Positions 19,987 to 30,319 of a stretch of 64,000 nt of DNA are shown in pieces (the first letter of the stretch is position 1; the number at the start of each line of letters is the position of its first letter). The DNA is from Micavibrio sp. (lineage in GTDB: Bacteria > Patescibacteriota > Minisyncoccia > Moranbacterales > GCA-2747515), in assembly GCA_020718085.1 (NCBI GenBank), contig DYDB01000001.1:218891-282890 (forward strand), read 5' to 3'. The position numbers and the translations under genes were made by a program. The notes beneath the pieces are model-generated. The model saw nothing but the letters and a program-made list of their open reading frames with translations. It was not told the origin of the DNA and ran no database searches.

Positions 19987-21762
19987 ATGAAAAAACTTCT
20001 CAAAAAACATTTCGGATATGATGATTTTCGCTCAATACAAGAGGAAGTGATCACGCAGTTTGTCAACGGTCGAGATGTTGTGGTGGTAATGCCGACTGGC
20101 GGGGGAAAATCTCTCTGTTTTCAGTTGCCTGCGCTCATGCGAGACGGTACGATGATCGTGATCTCCCCGCTTATTTCATTGATGAAAGATCAGGTGGACG
20201 CACTTCGCGCCAACGGTATTGCGGCGACTATGATCAATTCTTCCATTGCACCGGAAGAGATCGACATACGCATGCGCGATGCACAAAAAGGGAAATTCAA
20301 ACTGATCTATATCGCACCGGAACGACTTGCCAATGCCCGGGTACGCAATTGGTTGGAACAGATCAATGTAAATGCGCTTGCAGTGGATGAAGCACATTGT
20401 ATCTCGCAATGGGGCCATGATTTTCGGCCGGACTATCGTAATTTAAAACTCTTTCGTGAAAAATTTCCACAGATTCCGATCATAGCACTTACAGCATCAG
20501 CAACACAACATGTGCGTGATGATATTGTACGAGAATTAAATTTACATGATCCGGAGATCTTCGTATCCGGATTTTATCGAAACAATCTTCATCTGCGTGT
20601 CGTACCAAAAAGCGGGGCAACCGATACGATCATGCGATTGATCAAAAAACATGCGGGAGAATCTGTGATCGTCTATTGTTTTTCACGTAAAGAAACGGAA
20701 GAGCTGGCACGTATTCTCGTGGCGGAAGGTGTGAGCGCGGGAAGTTATCATGCAGGCATGAGCGTGGAAGATCGACACAACACACAAGATGCCTTTGTGC
20801 GTGATGAGATCAACGTGGTTGTTGCAACGATCGCTTTTGGCATGGGTATCGACAAGCCCGATGTGCGATTGGTCATCCATAAGACATTTTCCAAAACGAT
20901 CGAAGGCTATTATCAAGAGATTGGACGCGCCGGTCGTGACGGACTTACGAGTGAATGTGTGTTATTGTTTTCCGCGGGAGATAAAATGAAATTGGATTAT
21001 TTTCTCAACGATATTGCAGACGATGAACATCGCGCTCGTGAAGAAAAAAAGATCCGAGAAATGATGGATTATGCACAATCCCGTGTGTGTCGTTGGCAAT
21101 GGATCACGGCGTATTTTGGGCAAGCCGGCTTACCCGCATGTGAAACATGTGATGTCTGTATGAGTGCACATGATACGGAAGACGCTACTGAGATCGTACA
21201 GAAGATCCTCTCTGCTGTTGTGCGTACAGGCAATGTATTTGGCAAAGGGCATATTGTAAAAGTGTTACGCGGCTCGCAGGACAAAAGTGTTCTGGCACGC
21301 GGACATGAGAAGCTTTCTGTTTGGGGCATTGCCAAAGAATATTCTACGGCAACGCTGATGGAATACTTTGCACATATCGTGGCACGCGGTTTTGTTGTGC
21401 GTAATAGTGGAGAATTTGAAACATATCGCATTTCAGCAAAAGGCATCGTTTTTCTCACACAACATGAAAAGATCCAGCTGCCAAAAGTAAAAGAGATCGA
21501 TACACATGTGACACGTCGTGATCATGCGCTTTCGTATGATGCGGATGTGTTCAATGCACTGCGTGCACTGCGTAGGCACATTGCAGATGAGCAAAACGTT
21601 CCGGCATTTGTCATTTTTGGCGATGTGGCGCTTCGGGAGATGTCACACTATTTACCGACAACGCCGCATGAATTTGCCAAAATTTCCGGTGTAGGTAGTC
21701 AAAAACTGCAAAAATATGGTGATATTTTTACAGCACGCATCAAAGAATTGAAGGGTGAGTAA
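19987..21762 (+). CDS. recQ: DNA helicase RecQ
   Basis: MPTGGGKS, DEAHCISQWGHDFRP, QEIGRAGRDG, RQC and HRDC domains. Confidence 0.96.
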   Translation: MKKLLKKHFGYDDFRSIQEEVITQFVNGRDVVVVMPTGGGKSLCFQLPALMRDGTMIVISPLISLMKDQVDALRANGIAATMINSSIAPEEIDIRMRDAQKGKFKLIYIAPERLANARVRNWLEQINVNALAVDEAHCISQWGHDFRPDYRNLKLFREKFPQIPIIALTASATQHVRDDIVRELNLHDPEIFVSGFYRNNLHLRVVPKSGATDTIMRLIKKHAGESVIVYCFSRKETEELARILVAEGVSAGSYHAGMSVEDRHNTQDAFVRDEINVVVATIAFGMGIDKPDVRLVIHKTFSKTIEGYYQEIGRAGRDGLTSECVLLFSAGDKMKLDYFLNDIADDEHRAREEKKIREMMDYAQSRVCRWQWITAYFGQAGLPACETCDVCMSAHDTEDATEIVQKILSAVVRTGNVFGKGHIVKVLRGSQDKSVLARGHEKLSVWGIAKEYSTATLMEYFAHIVARGFVVRNSGEFETYRISAKGIVFLTQHEKIQLPKVKEIDTHVTRRDHALSYDADVFNALRALRRHIADEQNVPAFVIFGDVALREMSHYLPTTPHEFAKISGVGSQKLQKYGDIFTARIKELKGE

Positions 21763-21879
21763 TGACAAATATCACTAAAAAGAGGTTTGACATCAGTAGA
21801 TATTTATATTATCATATAAGTTCGTTCTTTAATTATGCAAGAAGCATGAACATCAAAAATTCTTTCAGGGAGAGAGAAC

Positions 21880-23031
21880 ATGGCATTTACTTTCAAAGGT
21901 AAGGTTGCAGAAGTTGGTGATCTGGAGCAATTAGCTCGTGTAACTGAAAACATTGCGATATGGAATCGTATAAAACGTTGTGATGTTGTGATAGCGAAGG
22001 CAAGTGAGATTATGACACAGGATATTGATCAGATAATCGCCTTCATACGAAGTTGTAAGCACAATATTTTGATCTACGCTATTTTGCGCCTGTACATTGT
22101 AAGATATGGTGCAAAAGATTTTGCGAATGCTGATGCGATAGTTTCATTGATCAATGTTGTGAGGAATTTTTCACAAGAAGGCGCAGCACAATTGATCGAT
22201 CTGCTCTTTGCTCAAACCCCGCAATTTTTTGTTGTACCGGACAATGCAGACACATCGGTACTGACGGATTTATTGCGTAATGTCTCTCAGCTTATCACGA
22301 AAATAGATAACTTTGATCTTCTGCGAGATGGTGTCATACGTGAATGCGATCTTTTTGCAAGTGATATTGTCACATACATGGCGCAAGCGATCGTGAAGGG
22401 GCATCCTGTGAAAACGTTTTTTGAATCAACGATGGTTGTGAACTATGAATGCGACCTGATCGTTGCAGTGGCACTGACAGAGAATGTACGCGTTGCTGTG
22501 TTGATGGAATTGCTTGCCAGTGATGTTTTCACTGATCCGCGAAAAAGAACAATAAATTTCATCAGAAGCACGGTTCATTTTTTTATTGAATCTTTAATCG
22601 TCGCGGCCCGACGTGAGAAAACTATATTCACGTTGCATGAATTGTGCGTCATCGCGCAAAACATCATTGATGTGAAAAATGATGGCAAGTCATCAATGGT
22701 CGAGGAAATGTTCGTGATCACAGCAGCACTGCCACTCTTTTGTAAGGAAAATGATGTGATCACTTTAAGCAAGGCGTTTGGTACCGCATCGGGTAGGCAT
22801 GCATTGATATGTTCATTTTTATCCGCGTGTACGAGTCTTACCAATTACCAGCTGAAAATGCTTGCGGAGTTGGTGGGAACAACAAAATATGGTGGTAAAG
22901 AAGCAATGGATCAATTGCGTATCGCCAAAGAAAAATTCGGTTTAACAGCTGATATTGAGAAAGATCTTGATTTTGCAAATAACAGATTTCCACTTATGTC
23001 TGGTTTGTTTATCGAAATACGCGAAGTATGA
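21880..23031 (+). CDS. Helical hypothetical protein (paralog of 26908-28203)
   Basis: Own promoter, SD and terminator; visible similarity to the paralog. Confidence 0.8.
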   Translation: MAFTFKGKVAEVGDLEQLARVTENIAIWNRIKRCDVVIAKASEIMTQDIDQIIAFIRSCKHNILIYAILRLYIVRYGAKDFANADAIVSLINVVRNFSQEGAAQLIDLLFAQTPQFFVVPDNADTSVLTDLLRNVSQLITKIDNFDLLRDGVIRECDLFASDIVTYMAQAIVKGHPVKTFFESTMVVNYECDLIVAVALTENVRVAVLMELLASDVFTDPRKRTINFIRSTVHFFIESLIVAARREKTIFTLHELCVIAQNIIDVKNDGKSSMVEEMFVITAALPLFCKENDVITLSKAFGTASGRHALICSFLSACTSLTNYQLKMLAELVGTTKYGGKEAMDQLRIAKEKFGLTADIEKDLDFANNRFPLMSGLFIEIREV

Positions 23032-23145
23032 GATCCAATCTTTCGGATGATGGGAAACTGGCATGATCTCAAACAGATCTGCCAGTTTTTATTTTGTATG
23101 GATCATATAGTTCCATATTTTGTGTTTTTATGATTAAATATACAG

Positions 23146-23577
23146 ATGGCTACAGATCACTATACAACGCTTGGCGTACAGAGAACAGCAACGCAAAAAG
23201 AAATTAAGGCGGCTTTTCGTGCGCTTGCGCATACACATCATCCGGACAAGGGTGGTGATGAAAAGAAATTTCAAGAGATCAATCGTGCCTATCAAACGCT
23301 CTCCAACACAGAAAAGCGTTCGCAGTATGATCGTTATGGCGAGGCGGCACAAAGTTTCAATGGATTTGGCGGGGGTCAAGGTGGTTTTGAACATGCACAA
23401 TATTATACGCATTTCACACGAGGGTATACAGATCAACGATTTACAATGTCGTCACTCAAAAAGATCCCTTTTTTGACATGGATCATGCTCTCGCCGTTGA
23501 TCATTCTGGTTATATTTTTTGGTGCGATTATTTTGGGCGTGTCACTCATACGATCAGTGAGTCGCAGTTTGAAATAG
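23146..23577 (+). CDS. J-domain protein with a C-terminal TM
   Basis: HPD motif, [13 protein letters not shown]. Confidence 0.88.
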   Translation: MATDHYTTLGVQRTATQKEIKAAFRALAHTHHPDKGGDEKKFQEINRAYQTLSNTEKRSQYDRYGEAAQSFNGFGGGQGGFEHAQYYTHFTRGYTDQRFTMSSLKKIPFLTWIMLSPLIILVIFFGAIILGVSLIRSVSRSLK

Positions 23578-23645
23578 TTGTATATGATAGAGAAATGTAA
23601 AAAGGATGAGAAGATCGATCTTCTCATCCTTTTATCTTTGGGTTA

Positions 23646-24851
23646 TTAGGATAAAACAACCATGCGGCGATTCTTGATCACTTGGCACAGATGTTCCGAC
23701 GTGAACAACACTGCATCAAACATGACATGCAACACGATCGCATAGATCAGTCCATGTGTGAATGCAACGTAGAACATATAGATCCCGATCACATAACTGT
23801 TCAACATCCCTGAAGGTCCTTGGTATTTATGACCATCGCGAAATTTTGCGTTGCTCCATAAAATCGCGCCAACATACAAGAGATACGTCCAGTGGTCGCT
23901 ATTTTCAGGCAGAATCGGCATGTGAGCAATTGCGCCAATTCCCAGTGGAATGCAGTAGGTGCTCCACGCTGAGAAAGATAACACGCGTGTGAAAAATTCA
24001 ACGATGCTCATCGAATAATTTTCCTTTGCGCGGCATACGGCTACTGTGATACCCAGACATACTGCCATAGACAGTCCAATGCTGATTGCAAGAGTTGATA
24101 TGTCGGAGGCGAGCCACTGGAAAAGCGCAAATATATATCCGTTGAATTGATAGATCACATTCTCCGGAATATATGCTTTCATTTTCAGCACAACAATGAA
24201 CGAAAAAAGAAAGACCGGTCCAGAGATCAAAAAGGGAACTTCAAATTTTGCCAGAATGAATACACAAAGACATACAGCCAGTGCAACGATGATCCATGGC
24301 AGAAATGCGTTTGAAAGATAGACCGAGATCAATCCAACAAATATCAATAAACTTCGGTGGTTAAACTCTTCGGTTACGCCAGCCTCAATTGATACGAGCC
24401 ATTTGAGTGGCAGGGATTCTGCCATAACGGTTCCGTCTTCATGGGCGTCATTACTTCCAAACCAGTCTAACTGACCACAAAAGAATGCATAGAGCGCCAT
24501 GGGTGTGCCGATTACAACAATCGCTTCCCAGAAATGTCCGTTAACATCCATATAGGAGAACGGATCAAATTCTGTGAAAAACCACTTGCTGAGAACATAC
24601 CAGAGTAAGATGTTGAATAGCATAAGTCCGACCTTGAGGAACATGTTCAAATAAATTCCTGCCCGGACTTTTGCATCTCCTTCGCGCGATGCTGTGAGAA
24701 AATGCTTCCATAAACGGAGTTGATTTTTTGTAAACTGTGCACCGGATACGACTGAATCAATGCCAGTGTTCAGCCAATTGATCCAGGTAATATTTCTGCC
24801 TTTTCGTTGCACGAGACTGCTGAGGATGTATTTTACAAGCATTTCTAACAT
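23646..24851 (-). CDS. CPBP (CAAX/Abi-like) intramembrane metalloprotease
   Basis: EEFNHR motif, C-terminal H..FD, many TM segments. Confidence 0.7.
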   Translation of the reverse strand: MLEMLVKYILSSLVQRKGRNITWINWLNTGIDSVVSGAQFTKNQLRLWKHFLTASREGDAKVRAGIYLNMFLKVGLMLFNILLWYVLSKWFFTEFDPFSYMDVNGHFWEAIVVIGTPMALYAFFCGQLDWFGSNDAHEDGTVMAESLPLKWLVSIEAGVTEEFNHRSLLIFVGLISVYLSNAFLPWIIVALAVCLCVFILAKFEVPFLISGPVFLFSFIVVLKMKAYIPENVIYQFNGYIFALFQWLASDISTLAISIGLSMAVCLGITVAVCRAKENYSMSIVEFFTRVLSFSAWSTYCIPLGIGAIAHMPILPENSDHWTYLLYVGAILWSNAKFRDGHKYQGPSGMLNSYVIGIYMFYVAFTHGLIYAIVLHVMFDAVLFTSEHLCQVIKNRRMVVLS

Positions 24852-25067
24852 GAGTACACTCCTTTGGTAGAGTTTTGCGATTGGATAATTAGTATCCTAA
24901 ATATTTTGGATAAAAAAGAACAACTGCGAATCATAACACAAACACAATAATATGTCAAAGATCTAAAATCACATGAAATTAGTCTAAAAGAAGAAATAAT
25001 TGTAGAATAAAAGGAGAAAAAGGCTTGTGTAATGATATGAGCTTTACAAATAATTCACAATAATATT

Positions 25068-25511
25068 ATGCATGTACAAGAATTTCGCAGAAAGATCTCA
25101 GCTGGAGCAACGATCATCGTAGACGGCAAAGAGCTCGATGTTTTGGAAGTGGTGTTATTTCGCTTTAAAGATAAAAGTTTTTATATCAAGTGTTTTCTTT
25201 CAGATGGCTATGTATTGGCCGATGATGCGCACAGTGATGCATTTGTACTTGTACGTGAAGTGACATGTGATATTACAGAACCATTCCCCAAGGAATTGAC
25301 ATTTGATGAAAAAAGCTTTACATTCCTTTTTGAAGCACATGCTGTAGCGGAACGCATCAGTGGCGAAGAAATTTTCAAAGAGGGTGATAGTGAGACTTTT
25401 TGGGATTATGAATCTGAGGATGGTTCCTATCTGAGTTTGGGCATACATGATCACAGTGGTGAAAGACAGGATTTTTACGGGAAAACCGTTCATGACATTG
25501 AATTTGTGTAA
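25068..25511 (+). CDS. Hypothetical beta-rich protein (DUF4178-like)
   Basis: ORF with WDYESEDG..LS motif; family recalled from memory. Confidence 0.7.
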   Translation: MHVQEFRRKISAGATIIVDGKELDVLEVVLFRFKDKSFYIKCFLSDGYVLADDAHSDAFVLVREVTCDITEPFPKELTFDEKSFTFLFEAHAVAERISGEEIFKEGDSETFWDYESEDGSYLSLGIHDHSGERQDFYGKTVHDIEFV

Positions 25512-25550
25512 AAAATAGACGTTTATTTTACAATTGCAGAGAGGGGGAAA

Positions 25551-25847
25551 GTGATGGAGAAAGAACTAAATTGTTTTGTTGTATCGGCATTGTTTAGCGC
25601 GCACACGTCGCAAGGAAGGTTTTTATGTCAGCAATATTTCAAAAAGTGCATTGAAGCACAAGGCGTGCGGGACGCAAAGGAGATCTTTGAACGATTATTT
25701 ACATCGCACATGGCAAAAAGATATCATCTCGCAGTGGAAGATATTCAATTGCTGCAACATGGATCAATGACCGTAAAAAAAGTGCCATTTGAAAGCTGTA
25801 TTAAAAGTAAAAAGCGTGCAGAAAAAAAATTAGCAAAAAAGAATTGA
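25551..25847 (+). CDS. Hypothetical protein
   Basis: ORF with a purine-rich SD. Confidence 0.55.
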   Translation: MMEKELNCFVVSALFSAHTSQGRFLCQQYFKKCIEAQGVRDAKEIFERLFTSHMAKRYHLAVEDIQLLQHGSMTVKKVPFESCIKSKKRAEKKLAKKN

Positions 25848-25879
25848 CTGCATACGCATTTTTCTTGTATGATGTATGC

Positions 25880-26196
25880 AACCGGAATCAGTGCGTAATC
25901 CTGCTGTGCTGATTCGGCGACGAGATAACACCGGTTAACACTTGTCGTGCACCCATCCTGGCGGATTTTGCAGGGCCATTACTGCAGGGAGTTTCTCATC
26001 GGAGAACGTGCTTGTCTGATTCGGATGTTCTGAATTGTACATGAGACATGCAGTCTGTGAATGAATGGCACAACTCGTGTCCACAAACTACCGCGCGAAT
26101 ACGTGGGTTAGTAGCGGCGAGCGAACAGCACGGCGCATCTGTTGTGGATCACAAAAACAAGCAGCATATCTGCATAAGATATGCTGCTTTCTTTTT
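25880..26196 (+). ncRNA. Candidate ~310-nt structured non-coding RNA of unknown family
   Basis: TTGACT-18-TATGAT promoter, GC-rich multi-hairpin body without an ORF of 60 aa or more, intrinsic terminator at 26159-26196. Confidence 0.6.
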
Positions 26197-26287
26197 GATA
26201 CATGTATAATATATTTTTGCAAATGAAAAACGGATCGGATATGAGTTCATATCGGATCCGTTTTTATCGTAATGGGGTCATGATCGT

Positions 26288-26581
26288 CTATGGGAGAAAG
26301 TTGTCGATGATCAGTCTGCTTTCTACAACTACATCAACGGTTTTGAGGATTGTATACTCATTATCATCCTCACCATAGGCAATGAGCTTGATCGATAATT
26401 CACCACAGGCATCACATTTTACATAGGGTCTGATCTGGTATTTTCTACCAGCCATGAACACTCTCATGATAACTTCCTCCTGTAATTGCGGGTCTGGAGT
26501 GTTATCGGTCGTGAGGACACCTTTACTATGCGGTGTCTTGCGCCAATACAGATCTTTTTTACACAAAATTTCGGGTAACAT
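26288..26581 (-). CDS. Hypothetical protein
   Basis: SD AAGGAG, own promoter, hairpin terminator at 26225-26265. Confidence 0.65.
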   Translation of the reverse strand: MLPEILCKKDLYWRKTPHSKGVLTTDNTPDPQLQEEVIMRVFMAGRKYQIRPYVKCDACGELSIKLIAYGEDDNEYTILKTVDVVVESRLIIDNFLP

Positions 26582-26742
26582 AGAGAGGATCTCCTTTTGG
26601 TTGTGAATGAATCGAATAGTACAATTGAGAGAATATTGTCGTGCAAAATTGTAACAGAACATCGTAACAGAAATATCATGATCGGTCAATTGTAAAATTC
26701 AGCAATGTAAAAACTTAAAATATCACTAATATATCAAAAGAA

Positions 26743-26777
26743 CCCCCTCTCCCTCCGGGAGAGGGTTGGGGTGAGGG
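26743..26777 (+). repeat. CCCCCTCTCCC..GGGAGAGGGTTGGGGTGAGGG REP-like element
   Basis: One of five same-strand copies (18866, 26743, 31751, 37366, 38996). Confidence 0.85.
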
Positions 26778-26907
26778 ATAGCGTGAGGGTGAAATTGACT
26801 TTCAGTCAATTTTGACGTAGTATAATATGTTGTACATTAACAGGTTTATAAACTGCATATCTGTTTTTTGCATGTTATTTGGTAGATCAATCTATGGAGG
26901 AAATGAG

Positions 26908-28203
26908 ATGAGTAGATTAGCATACGTTGGTGGACAAGTGCGTGCAGCACAAAATATTTTGCAACTCGTAGCGATTGCAAATGGAATACAACCCACAATT
27001 AAGGACCTGACCGATCCGGAAAAGAAAAAGGAGTATGAAAAAAGTTTGGACGTTTTGCGTGCAGGGATCGATCGATTGATCCCAAGCAGTGCCAGGGTCG
27101 TGGGAAGTTTCGCTGTGGGATGTAATTATCCCGATCTCCGTCATTTTGCCATACGTACGTATATGAAAAAACATGGCATACAAGAACTCGAAGATGTGGA
27201 GATATTTCTCGCGGTACTTACCAAAGATCCATATCCGGAAAACGATATCGCGAGAACGCTTCTGCGTGATATTTTTATCGCTGCAAAGGATGTGCTTATC
27301 CTTCCATGTAATTCAACTGTGCTCGATCTGCAGCAGATAAGTGCAAAGATCGATAACATTCTGAGAGAGCTTGTCGCATTGAAGTTGAGACGATTTGATC
27401 ACATGCCGGCACTTGATATTTTCATTGCGGAAGTTGCCGATGCGATTGCACAAAGAGTTGAGGATGGTTTTTCTGTGGACTATTTTTTGAATGAGAGCAT
27501 ACGTACGGCAAGTTTCATTTGCAATATCGTTGTTGCAATTACGCAAAAAGAACGTGTAACCGTGGAAACGCTCCTCACTGCTCTGCAAACACCATTGTTT
27601 ACAAATGACGCATGCAAAGAAATGATGTTATACGAACCATACATCGGCGAAACCTACGATCTATTCTTGCAAAGATTCATTGCCTTGGTAGAACAGGAAG
27701 GCTACGATCTGACGCTCGATCACTTACGGCTTGTGGCGTTCAATATCATTGTTGATCCTGATCATGATGATCCGATTGTACGAATGCGAGAAGATTTTGT
27801 GATCTCGCGTGCGGTGCCCCTGCTTGTAAATGATGCAGAGGAATCTTATGCTGTTGCACGATCGTTTGTCTCCAGAATAAGTGCACATCGATTCATTGCT
27901 GCGTTCTTGCGACAGTGTAAAGTGCTTACAGATGCGCAACTGAAACACCTTGCCAATTGCGTCGACAAAAAAGAACCTTTTGGTGCAGAAGCCGCCGAGC
28001 AGGTCCTTGCAGCGAAGGAGAGATTTCTTCTGGATGTTGATGTAGAAAAGGTGCTCAAATCTGTGGAAGACGGTACAACAATGGGATTGGCGATCATTAT
28101 CGGTGGCCCGGAAGGTGTGCCAGGCTCTATCACCTTTGAACAAATGCAAGCGTTTATAAAAAAAATGCAGGACCTTGCAAATCCTGACAATACCGTGCAT
28201 TAA
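26908..28203 (+). CDS. Helical hypothetical protein (paralog of 21880-23031)
   Basis: SD GGAGG; C-terminal similarity to the paralog. Confidence 0.8.
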   Translation: MSRLAYVGGQVRAAQNILQLVAIANGIQPTIKDLTDPEKKKEYEKSLDVLRAGIDRLIPSSARVVGSFAVGCNYPDLRHFAIRTYMKKHGIQELEDVEIFLAVLTKDPYPENDIARTLLRDIFIAAKDVLILPCNSTVLDLQQISAKIDNILRELVALKLRRFDHMPALDIFIAEVADAIAQRVEDGFSVDYFLNESIRTASFICNIVVAITQKERVTVETLLTALQTPLFTNDACKEMMLYEPYIGETYDLFLQRFIALVEQEGYDLTLDHLRLVAFNIIVDPDHDDPIVRMREDFVISRAVPLLVNDAEESYAVARSFVSRISAHRFIAAFLRQCKVLTDAQLKHLANCVDKKEPFGAEAAEQVLAAKERFLLDVDVEKVLKSVEDGTTMGLAIIIGGPEGVPGSITFEQMQAFIKKMQDLANPDNTVH

Positions 28204-28486
28204 AAATGCGCAAAGGAGGTGAAAACCGGGTAGTTCTCAAAAGAGATCCACCCGGTTTTAATTTTGCTTGCGAATACGTGTTCAGTATAAGAGTGAAATG
28301 GTTGTAGCTGGAAAATGAAAAATCGACATTACTATAAAAAGAAAACCACCACAGAAGTGGCAGCTCTTTTGGTGTTTGGCACCTTCTGATATTATACACC
28401 AAAAAATACCTTTTGTAAAGTATCGGATGTACATATGGCAGTTAGTGACTATTCACCATTTTTCAAAAAATACCTTTAAGATCATT

Positions 28487-28561
28487 GTCATTGCGAGGAG
28501 GAACGACGAAGCAATCTAATTCATCAGATATGCCGTTCGTCACCGTGTTCCTCGCGAAGAC
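28487..28561. repeat. Inverted pair of GTCwTyGCGAGGA..GACGAA elements (REPIN-like doublet)
   Basis: 28487-28517 forward copy and 28526-28561 reverse-complement copy. Confidence 0.7.
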
Positions 28562-28600
28562 GCTACTCTTATGGCAGTTATGCTGGACAGTGATATTAAG

Positions 28601-28619
28601 TAGTGATACAATATCACTA
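28601..28619. promoter_or_regulatory. Perfect palindrome TAGTGATA-caa-TATCACTA upstream of lexA; candidate operator
   Basis: Abuts TATAAT about 20 bp before the lexA ATG. Confidence 0.5.
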
Positions 28620-28641
28620 TAATTATATAATAATACAAAAA

Positions 28642-29322
28642 ATGAATGAGACAAAAGAACTTACGCGCAAGCAACATATGATCATGGAGACGATCCGTGA
28701 GATCCTCGAGCAAGGATCCAAAAACCCCACAGCTTATAAAGTGCACAATGCACTCAAGACGGATGGACATGATGTGGGTTCGCTCAAAGGAACAGTGCAA
28801 GTTGTGGAAGCATTGGAAAAGAAGGGAATTCTCAAACGTGATGAGGATCGCAAGATCTACATTGTGAGAAATGAGACATTTATGGATCTGGACAACATCT
28901 TTTCGATTCCCACATACGGTCTTGCCTCATGTGGGGAAGCGTTGGCTTTTGCAGATAATAATGTAGAAGGATATGTGCAAGTATCCAAGAGTCTTTTTCG
29001 CAAAGAAAAACCCGCACAGCTTTTTGCGGTAAAGGCACTTGGAGATTCCATGAACAAAGCTGATATCAATGACAATGATTATGTCGTTTTTGCAAAATAT
29101 GATCATGGTGAAGATCTTGAAGGAAAAATTGTTGTTGCGGTGATCAACGGTATGGCAACGATCAAGATATATCAGAAACTCAAAGGAAATATGATTGGCT
29201 TATTCCCACAATCCAAAAACAAGAAACATCAGCCCATCTATCTTGACCGCTCAGATCAGATCCTCATCGCCGGTGTGTTTCGCAAGGTCCTGCCGACGTC
29301 GTACAGAAAGGGTCGCAAATAA
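28642..29322 (+). CDS. lexA: LexA-family repressor
   Basis: LTRKQ wHTH start, ASCG cleavage site, GDSM serine, ATIK lysine. Confidence 0.85.
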   Translation: MNETKELTRKQHMIMETIREILEQGSKNPTAYKVHNALKTDGHDVGSLKGTVQVVEALEKKGILKRDEDRKIYIVRNETFMDLDNIFSIPTYGLASCGEALAFADNNVEGYVQVSKSLFRKEKPAQLFAVKALGDSMNKADINDNDYVVFAKYDHGEDLEGKIVVAVINGMATIKIYQKLKGNMIGLFPQSKNKKHQPIYLDRSDQILIAGVFRKVLPTSYRKGRK

Positions 29323-29405
29323 AAGATTGTTTTACATAAAAAATTAAAAACCACTGTCTCCAGATAAAGGCAGTGGCTTTTTGTATGATGTGCAATATGC
29401 ATGTT

Positions 29406-29597
29406 TCATGATGCGCGTTTTCCCGCAATATATCCCATCGTTCGTTCATCGGGATTCAGACGATCAAAGATCCGATTGAGAATGTCTTCGAAATGATCAC
29501 CAAATGTTGCGGTGCCATCAGCACATTTTTTCTTGTACTCACAACCCTCCTTGAATCCTTTTTGAAATACAGTTTCAACATGAAAAATTGTGGTCAT
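29406..29597 (-). CDS. Small hypothetical protein
   Basis: SD GGAG before the ATG; 63 aa. Confidence 0.5.
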   Translation of the reverse strand: MTTIFHVETVFQKGFKEGCEYKKKCADGTATFGDHFEDILNRIFDRLNPDERTMGYIAGKRAS

Positions 29598-29807
29598 ATG
29601 CAGTCTCCAAAAGTATTTTCATCAATATGTGATGAATTCATGAAATTTATTAATGAACGATGATCAAATTAGTTTATAAATATAACACAAATCTATGCCC
29701 TAATCAATTGACATTATGTGGTTTGCTGAATTAGAATGAAAGACCGCAAAGAGAAGAAGTATATTAACTGTGCATTGTACTTTTATACATGAAGGAGGTA
29801 AATCCCA

Positions 29808-30203
29808 ATGATACGTACCAAATGCATTATATTACCACCATCCGCAGGGGATGGACTGCGCATATCTGTGATGTCACGACACACATTAAATGATGGTGTT
29901 ACACCAGATCCACGCATATGGCCATCGTCATATGATCTGTGGCTCAAAGATGTCGCACCGCCGGACGCGATCGTTGGTAAATATTATCGTGGAGAGATCA
30001 CTTTTGATCAGTATTACAACCTGTATCAAGCGCATTTGCGTAAAGACCATATTGCAGTGATCGTACAAACGATCGCACGCTACGCTCTGCACAAGAGGAT
30101 TACTTTTCTGTGCATCGATTGGATGCCGGTCATGTGCCATCGCACACAATTGGCATACGAGTGCTTGTATTATGAGCCAACGCTCCATATCCAAAACTTC
30201 TAA
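29808..30203 (+). CDS. DUF488-family protein
   Basis: DGLRISV, WLKDVAP, ITFLC..CHR. Confidence 0.8.
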   Translation: MIRTKCIILPPSAGDGLRISVMSRHTLNDGVTPDPRIWPSSYDLWLKDVAPPDAIVGKYYRGEITFDQYYNLYQAHLRKDHIAVIVQTIARYALHKRITFLCIDWMPVMCHRTQLAYECLYYEPTLHIQNF

Positions 30204-30319
30204 AAAGCCGGATGTTCCAAAAGGAACACCGGCTTTTACTCTATAAAATTCACATAATTAAATTAGCAAAATGTGAAAATTGGGAATAGAATAAATAGAG
30301 AGAACATTTATACACACAC

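Noticed and set aside
25880-26196. tmRNA, RNase P or SRP RNA
   Set aside because: Signature motifs were not found on either strand.
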